Source of the DNA: an uncultured Chthonomonadaceae bacterium
GTDB taxonomy: Bacteria > Armatimonadota > Chthonomonadetes > Chthonomonadales > Chthonomonadaceae
Length of the DNA: 64,000 nt
Assembly (NCBI GenBank): GCA_963835065.1
Contig: CAWIEK010000009.1
Location: 64,001-128,000, forward strand
Direction of reading: 5' to 3'
Of this stretch, positions 26,004 to 35,453 are shown piece by piece. The notes below the pieces were generated by a model, which was given only the letters and a program-made list of their open reading frames with translations, was not told where the DNA came from and did not search any database. The translations under genes were made by a program, and so were the position numbers. Position 1 is the first letter of the stretch; every line of letters starts with the position of its first letter.

Positions 26004-27377
26004 GTGCAAGCACGAATTACCAGGCGGCAGATACTGACGGGGGCGGCGCTGATAGCGGCGGGCGTGGCGAACGGCTTAGGGCGCAACCGTCCCGCGCTTG
26101 CCAACGTCACGATTGGGCCGAACCCGCATAAAACGGGCGGCGATGCGCTCGTGGTGGTGTTTCTGCGCGGGGGCGCGGACGGCCTGAACATTGTCATCCC
26201 ACACGGCGAAGACAATTACCACCGTTACCGGCCCACGCTCGCCCTTGCCCGTCCCAATGACCGTACTGCCGCCGCAGCCGCCCGCGCGCTCGATTTGGAC
26301 GGCTTTTTCGGGCTGCATCCATCGCTGGCCCCTCTTCTGCCGCTGTACCAGAACGGGCAAATGGGCATCGTTCATGCCATCGGGTCGGGCGACAAGACCC
26401 GTTCCCACTTTGAAGCGATGGCAACGATGGAACGCGGCATTGCCAGTGACACGGGCGCGGCCAGTGGGTGGCTCGCCCGCCATCTCGTGACAACCGCCGA
26501 TCCCAACAACTCGCCCCTGCGCGCCGTCGCCATCACCGATACCATGCCCGACTCCCTGCGCGGCGCCAACAACGCCACCTCGCTAACCTCATTGGCGGAT
26601 TACAAACTGAATGTGCAGCAAGTGGCGGACGAGGGAAAAGGGAAAAGGGAAAAGGGAAAAGATACAAACCCAACACCCAACACCCAACACCCAACACTCC
26701 GTTCCGACGCTTTGACCGAAACGCTGCGCGGGCTGTATGCGGCAACCGAGAAGACGGACGCGCTGCAAAGCGCGGGGCAGGAAACCTTGCTGGCATTGGA
26801 CGCGATTCGGCAGCTTGATCCCGCGCATTATCGGCCTGCGCCGGGCGTCACCTATCCCGGCAACGATCTGGGCAACGGACTGCGGCAGGCGGCGTGTCTG
26901 CTCAAAGGCAACATCGGGCTGGAAATGGCCTGTTTGGACATGGGCGGATGGGACACGCACGTCGCGCAGGGACGCGACGCGGGATTTCAGCCGGCGCGTT
27001 TAAATGAACTGGGCCGCGCCCTGGCCGCGTTTCACGCCGATCTTGGTCCCGCCGCAAGCCACGTCACCACGATTGTCATGACGGAATTCGGGCGGCGGGC
27101 GGCGGAAAACAGCGGGCTTGGCACGGATCACGGGCGGGCAAGCTGCATGTTCCTCTTAGGCGGCGGCGTGGTGGGCGGCAAGGTACACGGACAATGGCCG
27201 GGGCTGGCCGAGTCGCAACTGGAAAATGCGGGCGGCGGACAGGGAGATTTGCGCGTCACGACGGATTACCGCGACGTTCTGGCCGAAGTCGTTTCCCTCC
27301 GCCTGCGCAACCCCCGCCTCGCCGAAGTGTTCCCGGACTACGCGCCCCAGTTGCGCGGCGTGGTTCGACAAGCGTAA
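26004..27377 (+). CDS. DUF1501 domain protein (Tat signal)
   Basis: AAGGAG RBS, GTG start; TRRQIL; LVVVFLRGGADGLN; TRSHF; GGWDTH; MTEFGR; GTDHG. Confidence 0.92.
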   Translation: MQARITRRQILTGAALIAAGVANGLGRNRPALANVTIGPNPHKTGGDALVVVFLRGGADGLNIVIPHGEDNYHRYRPTLALARPNDRTAAAAARALDLDGFFGLHPSLAPLLPLYQNGQMGIVHAIGSGDKTRSHFEAMATMERGIASDTGAASGWLARHLVTTADPNNSPLRAVAITDTMPDSLRGANNATSLTSLADYKLNVQQVADEGKGKREKGKDTNPTPNTQHPTLRSDALTETLRGLYAATEKTDALQSAGQETLLALDAIRQLDPAHYRPAPGVTYPGNDLGNGLRQAACLLKGNIGLEMACLDMGGWDTHVAQGRDAGFQPARLNELGRALAAFHADLGPAASHVTTIVMTEFGRRAAENSGLGTDHGRASCMFLLGGGVVGGKVHGQWPGLAESQLENAGGGQGDLRVTTDYRDVLAEVVSLRLRNPRLAEVFPDYAPQLRGVVRQA

Positions 27378-27392
27378 GAAAGAAGAGCAGAA

Positions 27393-27436
27393 TGGGAAAG
27401 GCTGGCTTTGCTTGCTTGCAAAGCCAGCCTTTCCCA
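27393..27436. terminator. Perfect 19-bp hairpin between convergent genes
   Basis: tgggaaaggctggctttgc - ttgctt - gcaaagccagcctttccca. Confidence 0.65.
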
Positions 27437-27444
27437 ATTAAAGG

Positions 27445-27924
27445 CTAAGGCGATCCTGAACAGTCTTCCACCTGTATTCTTTCCATTGCCAGGACATTGC
27501 CCCTCTTCGACCATCCTGAGAGCACCTCTGCTATTTCGTGTGTCTTGCCGTTCTCACGCTGTACTTCCAGGGCAAAAGCATATACGTGAGGTCGCCAACT
27601 CCAGCGCGTACCGGTGATACGATAATGCAGAACACGTCCGTACCGTTTCTGCATCATCAGCAGCCATACCTGGGTAAGAGAGTTGTCGGCTTCTCCTCCT
27701 CCCTGGGCCGCGAGGTAGCCGCGATCCACGAGGGTACGCGCAGCTTGCTCATCGGCAGGACTGCGGTCAACACGAAGCCAGATTGCCCATACTACAATTG
27801 CAGCAACTCCCCCCAGCAACTTTACACCTACAGGCCTCCACAGGTTCCGTTCTCTCACAGCTACCAACTTTCCGCGCCTGATCTTCGCGACGAGACTTCC
27901 GGCACAATCGCAGCTACGGCGCAA
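27445..27924 (-). CDS. Hypothetical single-TM protein
   Basis: 159-aa ORF co-oriented with the TPR gene; one hydrophobic segment; start uncertain. Confidence 0.5.
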   Translation of the reverse strand: MRRSCDCAGSLVAKIRRGKLVAVRERNLWRPVGVKLLGGVAAIVVWAIWLRVDRSPADEQAARTLVDRGYLAAQGGGEADNSLTQVWLLMMQKRYGRVLHYRITGTRWSWRPHVYAFALEVQRENGKTHEIAEVLSGWSKRGNVLAMERIQVEDCSGSP

Positions 27925-27995
27925 TCAATGGTCGTATGTTTCTCCTCAATTCACTGCCGTTCGCGCCTTCTCCTCTTCTCCCCATCTCTCGCGGT

Positions 27996-29621
27996 CTATT
28001 TTCCCGGCGCGGCTCCTTTGGTCGTCATGCGCGTCAGGTTTTCTTTGGCTAAGGTATTGCCGGGGGCCAGTTGCGTGGCTTTGCGGCAGGCGGCGATAGC
28101 TTTGGGAAGGTCGCCTTTGGCTTCATACGCCACGCCGAGATTGTTGAAGGCATCGGCAAAATTCGTGTCCAATTGCGTGGCTTTGGTGAAGTGGGTAATG
28201 GCTTCGTCGTACTTGTGGTCTTTTTGCGCCACCAGCCCCAGGCCATTGTGCGCGTTAGCGTTGGTGGGGTCGGCCTTCGCCGCCTGCGCGAACAGTTCGC
28301 GGGCGCGAGTCGTACCCGCAGTATCGCCTTGCTTGAAGTAATGGACGCCCAATGTCAGGCACAATGGAGCCAATGCGGGGCCGGTTCCGACGTGCTTCAC
28401 AGCGTCTTCCAGAACAGCCGCCGCCTCGTCGTTTTTGCCGGCATTTTGCAGCGACAGGCTATAATTGGCCCAAGCGGACGCGCTTTCCGGTTTTAGTGTG
28501 GTCAGCTTTTGAAAGGTGAGGGCGGCTTCGGCGTAGTGGCTCTGCTCGTACTGCGCGGCTCCCATGCCTTGCAGCGCGCCGATGTTGTTGGGGTCCAGCT
28601 TTAACACGCCTTGATACGCCTTGATAGCGGCATCGTAATGTTTCAAGCGCGATTGAACCAGCCCCAGATTGTACAGGGGTTTGGGATCGGCGGGACGCAA
28701 CTGCGCGGCTTTGGCAAACTGCGCGGCAGCCGCTTCGTCGCGCTCCAGTTCATACAGCGTTTCACCATACGCGGCGCGAATGGTGTAATCTTCCGGCGCG
28801 AATTTCTGCGCCTGCGCCAGCGAAGTTTGAGCGGCGATGAGCTGCGTCTTCCCTGCGGTATGGTCTGCCGCGCTTTTGGAGGCAAGCAGTTTATGAGCGG
28901 CGCTTTGCTGTGCCAGGCCGAGGTTGAGCCAGAAACTGGGGTTGGTGGGTTCCAGGCGCGTGGCGGCCTGATGCGGGGGAATGGCGTCCATGTAGTTGCC
29001 CGACATCTGAAAGGCGTATCCCAATCCATCCTGCACATACGCATCGTCAGGAGACAGCGACACGGCTTTCTGGAACGCGGCCAGGGCTTCGGTTTTATGC
29101 CCCATCTTCAAATCCAGGCTGCCGAGATTGTAGTAAGCGTCGGCCAGGCGCGGCATTTTGGGTTCCAGCTTGATCGCGGTCTCAAACTCTTTGACGGCTT
29201 CGGGATAGCGCTTCAGGCCGTCGTAAATGTTGCCCAGGTTGAGATGGCCGTCCGCCAGATTGGGCCGCAGGGCAACGGCATCCAGCATCGGCTGAAGCGC
29301 TTCCTCGTAGTGCCGCTGCTGCAATTGAATAAAGCCGATCCAAAACAGCGCGGTGGGTTCTTTGGGCGACAGTTCATGCGCCTTTTGAAACTCCGTCAGC
29401 GCGTCATCCAATTTCTTGCCGTTGTAGTTCTTGACGCCCAGATCGAAATGTTCGCGGGCGGTGTCGGCGGCGCGGGCAGGCAGGGGCGCGGGCAGCAGCA
29501 ATCCACAAATAAGGCCAAGCGTCAGCACCGCCACGCTCCGATGGGAACGCAAGCGCCGAAAGAAGGCATTGCGGGCGCAGCATGGTAGGAGCGGAAACAA
29601 GCGCGTCACGCGGTGGAACAT
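27996..29621 (-). CDS. Exported tetratricopeptide-repeat protein
   Basis: Signal peptide; many TPR units (e.g. AYYNLG..EALAAFQKAVSLSP). Confidence 0.92.
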   Translation of the reverse strand: MFHRVTRLFPLLPCCARNAFFRRLRSHRSVAVLTLGLICGLLLPAPLPARAADTAREHFDLGVKNYNGKKLDDALTEFQKAHELSPKEPTALFWIGFIQLQQRHYEEALQPMLDAVALRPNLADGHLNLGNIYDGLKRYPEAVKEFETAIKLEPKMPRLADAYYNLGSLDLKMGHKTEALAAFQKAVSLSPDDAYVQDGLGYAFQMSGNYMDAIPPHQAATRLEPTNPSFWLNLGLAQQSAAHKLLASKSAADHTAGKTQLIAAQTSLAQAQKFAPEDYTIRAAYGETLYELERDEAAAAQFAKAAQLRPADPKPLYNLGLVQSRLKHYDAAIKAYQGVLKLDPNNIGALQGMGAAQYEQSHYAEAALTFQKLTTLKPESASAWANYSLSLQNAGKNDEAAAVLEDAVKHVGTGPALAPLCLTLGVHYFKQGDTAGTTRARELFAQAAKADPTNANAHNGLGLVAQKDHKYDEAITHFTKATQLDTNFADAFNNLGVAYEAKGDLPKAIAACRKATQLAPGNTLAKENLTRMTTKGAAPGK

Positions 29622-29750
29622 AGTCACATCTCCTGCGGTTTCCCTTCCCGCACAGCCTGTGTTGCCGGGAATGTCGAAAACGCGGTAGGTCAGGGCGCGG
29701 TTTAAAATACGTCTTTCTCATTATACTGCGCAAACGGGGAAGATGCAATC

Positions 29751-29855
29751 GGTGTTCAGGTGTTCGGGTGTTCAGGTGTTCGGGTGGTGATCTTGCCAAG
29801 TTACAGAAAACTTCGGTACTCTTGTATTTCCTGAATACCGAATGAACACCTGAAC
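29751..29855. repeat. Inverted octamer-array element, second copy
   Basis: (GTGTTCRG)n left arm; core aaacttcggtact is the reverse complement of the core in 15021-15126. Confidence 0.75.
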
Positions 29856-29856
29856 T

Positions 29857-29893
29857 AAACAGCCCCCTTACTTTTCGGTAAGTGGGGCTGTTT
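29857..29893 (-). terminator. Intrinsic terminator-like hairpin
   Basis: aaacagcccccttac-ttttcg-gtaagtggggctgttt downstream of the gene ending at 29926. Confidence 0.6.
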
Positions 29894-29925
29894 GCACAAT
29901 GGGAACACGCGGGAAGAGGCGTAAT

Positions 29926-30216
29926 TTATTTGGCTGCGTATCCCAGCGTCGCAAGGAGATCGGATTTCGTGTTGTCCGAGTAGCTTTCCTGCGTTTCTTT
30001 GATAACGGAAGCGTTGAATTCCGCGCGGGGAATGGCTTCCGGGTCTTCGTCTAAGGACGCTTCGGCGGCGGACTGCTGCTCCTTGATCTGGCGGAGCGCT
30101 TCGGCGAGTTGCGGGCCGAAGGCTTCCAAAATCTGGTCGGCGCTGGTATCGTCCTGAACCGGGATTTGCAGGGTTATCATCAAAACGGGTGTTTCCGGGT
30201 TGGTTTCTGGATTCAT
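29926..30216 (-). CDS. Small acidic hypothetical protein
   Basis: GAGGGAG RBS before the ATG; 96 aa; followed by a terminator-like hairpin. Confidence 0.65.
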   Translation of the reverse strand: MNPETNPETPVLMITLQIPVQDDTSADQILEAFGPQLAEALRQIKEQQSAAEASLDEDPEAIPRAEFNASVIKETQESYSDNTKSDLLATLGYAAK

Positions 30217-30276
30217 GATTTGTTCTCCCTCGTGGGCAAACATGCGTTCTTGCGCAGTACATCAGAAAGCGCGTAA

Positions 30277-31317
30277 TTAGGTCACTTCCGTACTAATAGT
30301 ATCCTGCATCAGCCGCCAAAGTGCAAATAATTCTTGCGGCTCCACCCGTCTGTTTGGCTTGTGTCTGTTCAGGTTCAATGCTGCGCTTATAGTGAGAGAC
30401 GAGCAAACGAAGCGGAAAGTTTCTGAGGTTAGTGTCTGTCGTGAACAAGTGAACAATTTAGTCTTCTCCCTTGCAGGAAGAAGGTGGCCGAAGGCCGGAT
30501 GAAGGTAGAACCTACCGTTTCCCCGCAGCAGCGCTACAAGGTCGGGACGACCCGCCTGTTGGGCAAGCATGATTGGAGTAACGCCCTTCTTGTTACGATA
30601 ATTCGGATCGCCTCCATGTGCCATGAGCAGACGGAGGCGATCTTCACCATAGTCGCTACTTACAGCGAAATGCAAAGCAGTATCGCCCCCTTCATCTTCC
30701 ATAGAAACGTTCGCGCCATGCTCCAGCAGAAGGCGCGTCATGCCCGTATCACGTACCTCAACAGCTAACATCAGCGGCGTCTTGCCTTCTCTGTCTTGAG
30801 AGTTGACGTTCGCGCCATATTCCAGAAGAAGTTGAACCGTCTCCGAATAGTCACGCCAAATGGCCCAATGCAGAGCGGATACATCTTGTGAGTCTCTGGC
30901 CTTGCAATCCGCGCCATGCGCCAGCATAGTACGAACTAAAAGCGCCTCTTCCGGTTTTTTTTCACGCACAATGATGAAACGATCTGAGAAATGCCAATGC
31001 GCTCCACAAACAAACAGAAACGCCGTCGAACTATCATCTACAAGCGGCGGTGAACGATGCAGTAGCTGCAGCGCCAGTTGCGGCAGGGAAGGCGCGGGCG
31101 AAGCATTGTAGCGCGTGTTCGGGTCGGCTCCCGCGTTGACAAGGAGAAGCGCCTGCTTATTATCGTAGTGTGCAAGAGCGGCAATGAGTTGGCGGTTGAG
31201 GATGTACTGCCGCTTCGCCTGCCATACCCACAGACCACAGCCGCCCGCCAGCAGCACGACAACCAATACTGAAAAAAATAGTAGACGCCGATGTTTCATA
31301 TTCTTCTCATTCGCCAC
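30277..31317 (-). CDS. Membrane-anchored ankyrin-repeat protein
   Basis: N-terminal TM; GANVNSQDREGKTPLMLA-type repeats; the tail after about 30512 reads through a palindromic element. Confidence 0.9.
   Translation of the reverse strand: MANEKNMKHRRLLFFSVLVVVLLAGGCGLWVWQAKRQYILNRQLIAALAHYDNKQALLLVNAGADPNTRYNASPAPSLPQLALQLLHRSPPLVDDSSTAFLFVCGAHWHFSDRFIIVREKKPEEALLVRTMLAHGADCKARDSQDVSALHWAIWRDYSETVQLLLEYGANVNSQDREGKTPLMLAVEVRDTGMTRLLLEHGANVSMEDEGGDTALHFAVSSDYGEDRLRLLMAHGGDPNYRNKKGVTPIMLAQQAGRPDLVALLRGNGRFYLHPAFGHLLPAREKTKLFTCSRQTLTSETFRFVCSSLTISAALNLNRHKPNRRVEPQELFALWRLMQDTISTEVT
30462..30510. repeat. CCGGCCTTCGGCCACCTTCTCCC-family palindromic element
   Basis: Same motif as at 32672-32866 and 52679-52879. 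Confidence 0.8.
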
Positions 31318-31394
31318 TCGATACCAGACACCTATTTTCCTGGCCGCCTTCTTTCCGCAAGTCCTATGCTACTTTGCGCCTTTGCGCAGCGCCT

Positions 31395-32508
31395 TTACTC
31401 CGTCGGAACCACATACAGGCCATCTTCATCGTCCCACGCGATATGCCGGTTGTCTGCAAGCCATTGCACATGCTGCATTGTAAAGTGGTCTGTAGATATC
31501 GTATGCCCGATTTCGCGCAGGTCGCTGCCATCCAGATTGCTCACCCACAAACCCTGCACCTGCTGAACGGGCGGATGGATGCGGGGGATTATGCGGTGCA
31601 GCAGCGTCAGCAGGGGCGACGCTTGTTCATAGCGCAGTTCATAAACGATGCTTTTGGTAATCCGGGGAAGTCGTCGAAGAGCCGTATTGTGGCGTGAAGG
31701 GAAGGTTGAGCGGCAAAGTGCGCAGGGGCTTTGCATCATACCGAATATGGTAGTCGAACACGTCATAAACAGCCAGATGCCAGCCCGTCGGCGGGTTACT
31801 GCCCGCCTGCGGTTCTAATACGTACTCCTTGCCATCCGGCGCAAGCGAGGCGAACAAAGTGTGCGCCTGCGGTGAATTGGCGGCAATCTCCTGATGTTTC
31901 TCAGGATGGCGCACATCATTGACATACACGGGAAGTAGCGATGGTTCCAGTTTTCCATTATTTGCGCCGGGAGCAGGCGTAAAGGAGACCTCCTCATCAC
32001 TGTGGCGTAGATGGCGTATCCACTGGCAGGCATTTGCCCACCTCTGCACATCGAACTTGTCCGCTTCCCAATGATAATGCCGCTTGCCGTCCAGGGTTGA
32101 CAACACGGGATTAGGATAGCCGTCAGCGCTATAAGTCACTGTCCACAGCAGCCATTTGCCGCTGGGCGCAGGTTCGCACTCCATCGGTTCAGCGCACAGG
32201 CTGTTGAGCATTCGCGTCAGCCCCACTTCAGGAGTTCGCTGTCCGGTGCGGGTGTCCAGTCGCTGCACTTTCCCTGTCCACTGGCTCGGCCACCGATAAC
32301 CTTGATAGGGGTCGCCGGTGACAAGCAGCAGGGTATGTTCGTCCAGCCAGTACCCCTGCGTATCCGGCGCTTCGCGGTGATAATCCAGTACCCATGTGGC
32401 GCGGGAACGTAATAGCCGCTCAGGACGGTACAAACGCCAGCCAGCGGCCAACGTCGTTCCCAAAAGCAGCAGAGCTATCATGCCAATCTTTACACGCCTT
32501 CCCGCCAT
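31395..32508 (-). CDS. Membrane-anchored TolB/PD40-like protein, split by a +1 frameshift near 31653
   Basis: ORFs 31639-32508 and 31395-31766 join as SPDYQ|SIVYE; C-terminus resembles 4555-5448 (LYVVPTE vs VYEVPVN). Confidence 0.75.
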
Positions 32509-32671
32509 CCGAAATCCTCCCGCCTCCCCGAAGCGCGTACCCTTAAACCCGGCTCTTCCCCTGTGTTTCGTGTTCCTGCTTCACTTTGGGAACACGACTT
32601 TGCTGCGTTCGGAGGGAGAGGGGAGCGAGTGCCCAAGCCTTGCGCATTGCTATGAACAGGTACGGTGCTTC

Positions 32672-32866
32672 GACTCTCATCCGGCCTTCGGCCACCTTCT
32701 CCCTTTCAGGGAGAAGGCGAATGTGTTCAATGGGCAGTTGAACAGGAGAGGGCAAATCTGTCAGAAAGCCTTGCGTTTTCCATAAACGCCGTATCAACGC
32801 ACCCAATGAACAGTTTAGCCTTCGCCCTGAAAGGGAGAGGTGGCCGAAGGCCGGATGAGGGTCGAA
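32672..32866. repeat. Inverted pair of CCGGCCTTCGGCCACC-family elements
   Basis: ctcatccggccttcggccaccttctccctttcagggagaaggc ... ggtggccgaaggccggatgag. Confidence 0.85.
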
Positions 32867-32935
32867 ACTATCATACCGCGCCTGTTCGCAGCAATACCAC
32901 AATGTTTAGGTGTTCGCACAGGGCGGCTTTCTCTA

Positions 32936-33647
32936 TCAGTTTTTGTAACCATATTCCCTGAGCAGAGCCAGCATCTCAGGGTGATTCTCATAACGTCTCG
33001 CGGCCTCTAGAGCCGGCACGTCTTCGCCGTCGTTTTGACACTTCGCGCCTCGACTGAGCAGCAATTGAGCCATATCCAGATTGTTGCCTTTGATGGCGCA
33101 GAGCAGGAGAGACATTCCATTGCGCGTTTCCGCGTTCACTTTCAGCGCCCGCATCCAACAAAAGTTTCACGCAATGGAGGTTGTTTTCACCATAGTTCCC
33201 CTGATACACGCCCGCAAAAACAACGACGGGAACTTCAAACTCATCCTTAGCATTGACATCGGCTCCATGCGCAATCAACGCGTGCACGATTTCGGCGGGT
33301 TCTTTGCGCTTGGGCAGGGGATGAGCATCCTGATCGCCAGCAAATATTATCTGTAAAGTAGTCAGGCCGCTTGTCTCAACCGCTGACTGCTTGCCCCGAA
33401 GTCTATCCCACAGCATCTGTCGAAAGGAGCGCGGATCGGGAACCGCCACACGGGTTTTCGCATCCGCTCCTTGCTCCAGCAGCGCGATAGCCTCCTGAGC
33501 CTTATTACGTTGAAGCGCCATGATTAAAGCGCGATTAAGATGCTCCTGTCGCCATTCTCGCCACGTTAGCACAACAGGCACAGCCATCAGCAAGAGCAGC
33601 AGGGCGGAAGCAAGAAGGGCAGAACGTTGGAAGCGACGTTTGTTCAT
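32936..33647 (-). CDS. Membrane-anchored ankyrin-repeat protein, split by a +1 frameshift near 33143
   Basis: LLDAGA|KVNAETRNGMSLLLCA joins ORFs 32988-33731 and 32936-33154; N-terminus paralogous to 30277-31317. Confidence 0.8.
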
Positions 33648-33918
33648 AAGTTCCTTTGCGCCTTTCCGCAGCAACGTCACACTATTTGCATGCTTCTGCT
33701 GCATCAAAATTGATTCCTGCTGCAAGCGCATACCCTCAATTCCGGCGCTTCTGTCTGACCGTTCCTGCGTTACTCAAGAAGAGCGGAAATGCGCTGGCCT
33801 TGTGCGGTGCTGTAAACAGGCGTGTTTCGTCCTTCGCGCCCTCTTGACCATACCGCGTTCTTCATAAACACTTACCGTCAGAAAAAAGACAGAAAAATCG
33901 AAAAACCGCAAGAAAAAC

Positions 33919-33946
33919 GAAACCATTTCCCTACTCACGACGTCAT
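33919..33946 (+). promoter_or_regulatory. ECF-sigma-like promoter GAAACC-N16-CGTCAT
   Basis: Same spacing and similar downstream sequence as 9706-9733. Confidence 0.55.
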
Positions 33947-34037
33947 AAAACTGTATAACTGTCTACTTAAAAGCCAGGTGGCGGGCCGTTGACAGTTCAG
34001 AGTTCTTATCAACTCTCCACTCTCAACAATCTAACCT

Positions 34038-34193
34038 GGAAGGGAGGTGCTGGAAGATGCCTGTACATTCCTCCCGTTCGCCCTGACGCTTACGAGGTCA
34101 CGACGCCTCTCTCCTACAACCTGACACAACGAGACATCGGGCTGGAAGCGCTGTATTGCCAAGATTTCGACGCTGCCTCTACATACTCTTTTT
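34038..34193 (+). ncRNA. Putative small RNA or leader unit, copy 2
   Basis: Homologous to 9498-9653; no plus-strand gene follows it (convergent with the MFS gene). Confidence 0.55.
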
Positions 34194-34211
34194 CTAGATG
34201 AGGGTAGAACG

Positions 34212-35453
34212 CTATTTGCCTTCCTTTGCCTGCTTGCGGTAGTCGCGCATGGAGATCAGCTGCAGGTACGCGCCCACCACCATAATCAGGAAGGCCAGCA
34301 CGAAGGTGTTTTGCGCGCCCTCCCGCCGCAGCAGGGGAATGGCGAATTGGGGCGCAATCGTACCCCGAATGCCGAAGAAACTGGAATGGAGCGCCTGATA
34401 CTGCGCCGCCTTGCCCGGTTCCGCGAACATCAGCGTGGTATTCAGGTAGCCTAAATCAATGCCGGACATACACAGCCCGCTGGCAATCGCCGCCAGGTAC
34501 AGCGCCGACATCCCCCACGCCCCCGCATACAACAATGGTATCGCCAGATTGATGCAGATCGCCGCCAGCACCGTTGCCAATGACCCCTTGCGATCCAGAA
34601 ACGTGCCCCAAAACACATAGCCCACAATCGTCATAATGGACATGATGTTTTGCAGATTGGCGACCTGCGTATTGGAAACGTGAAACTTGTCCACCTGCTG
34701 AATCGGGATCAAGGTCGCGGAGATTAAATTTCCAAAGCCGGAAATAAACACCGAGGCCGTAAACCAGCGAAAGCCGGGATTGCGCTTCAGAATGTGAATG
34801 GTGTCGCGCGCAAACGCGCCCGCTGTCGCCGGATTTTCCTCCGGCAGCACGGCTTGCAGGCGAATCCGGCTGAACGTCCACGCGCTCAAAACGCCGAACG
34901 CGCCGCCGATGAAAAAGCCCGCCCGCCAGTTGATAACGTGGTCCAGCAGCCGCCCCATCACCAGCGCCGATACCAGTGTCGCCAGGCTCATGCCCATGCG
35001 AACGATGCTCATCAAGCGGCCCCGGTGCGCGTCGGGGTAAATCTCCTTCATAATAGCGGTGTACGCGGGCGTGGAAATGGAAAAAATGAGCGGCGTGATA
35101 CAAACGAGGGCGACATACTGCGCCTGCGTGTGCAGCAAGGGAGCGAACAAAAACAGACCGCGCGCCAGCAGCCATGTCCACGTCACAAACGGCATTTTGG
35201 AGCGGCCTTCCATCTGCCGCGCCCATAGGGTAGCGAAGATGTAGCCCAGCGCGGGAGCCGCCGTAATCCAGCCCATCTGCCCTCGCGTGGCGTGTATCTC
35301 GGCGCGCGCGATGCGCAGCACGAAGGTCCAGATGCAGCCCTGATAAATGCCCGCGCACAATCCCGTCACCATGTCCCATTGCCAGGCCGTTCGGGTCTGT
35401 GGGGACATTCTCAGTAAAAAGGCGCGCAAACGGGCGGCAAAATCGGAAATCAA
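34212..35453 (-). CDS. MFS transporter
   Basis: About 12 hydrophobic segments; EIYPDAHRGR; WGTFLDRKG; TTG start overlaps the upstream TGA (TTGA) after GGAG. Confidence 0.9.
   Translation of the reverse strand: MISDFAARLRAFLLRMSPQTRTAWQWDMVTGLCAGIYQGCIWTFVLRIARAEIHATRGQMGWITAAPALGYIFATLWARQMEGRSKMPFVTWTWLLARGLFLFAPLLHTQAQYVALVCITPLIFSISTPAYTAIMKEIYPDAHRGRLMSIVRMGMSLATLVSALVMGRLLDHVINWRAGFFIGGAFGVLSAWTFSRIRLQAVLPEENPATAGAFARDTIHILKRNPGFRWFTASVFISGFGNLISATLIPIQQVDKFHVSNTQVANLQNIMSIMTIVGYVFWGTFLDRKGSLATVLAAICINLAIPLLYAGAWGMSALYLAAIASGLCMSGIDLGYLNTTLMFAEPGKAAQYQALHSSFFGIRGTIAPQFAIPLLRREGAQNTFVLAFLIMVVGAYLQLISMRDYRKQAKEGK

Noticed and set aside
27538..28341. 267-aa plus-strand ORF
   Set aside because: Antisense to the TPR gene and its neighbour; no recognisable motifs.
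34070..34185. Core of the duplicated unit as a hammerhead ribozyme, tmRNA, 6S or RNase P RNA
   Set aside because: No CUGANGA/GAAA core, tRNA-like ends, long closing stem or RNase P consensus was recognised.
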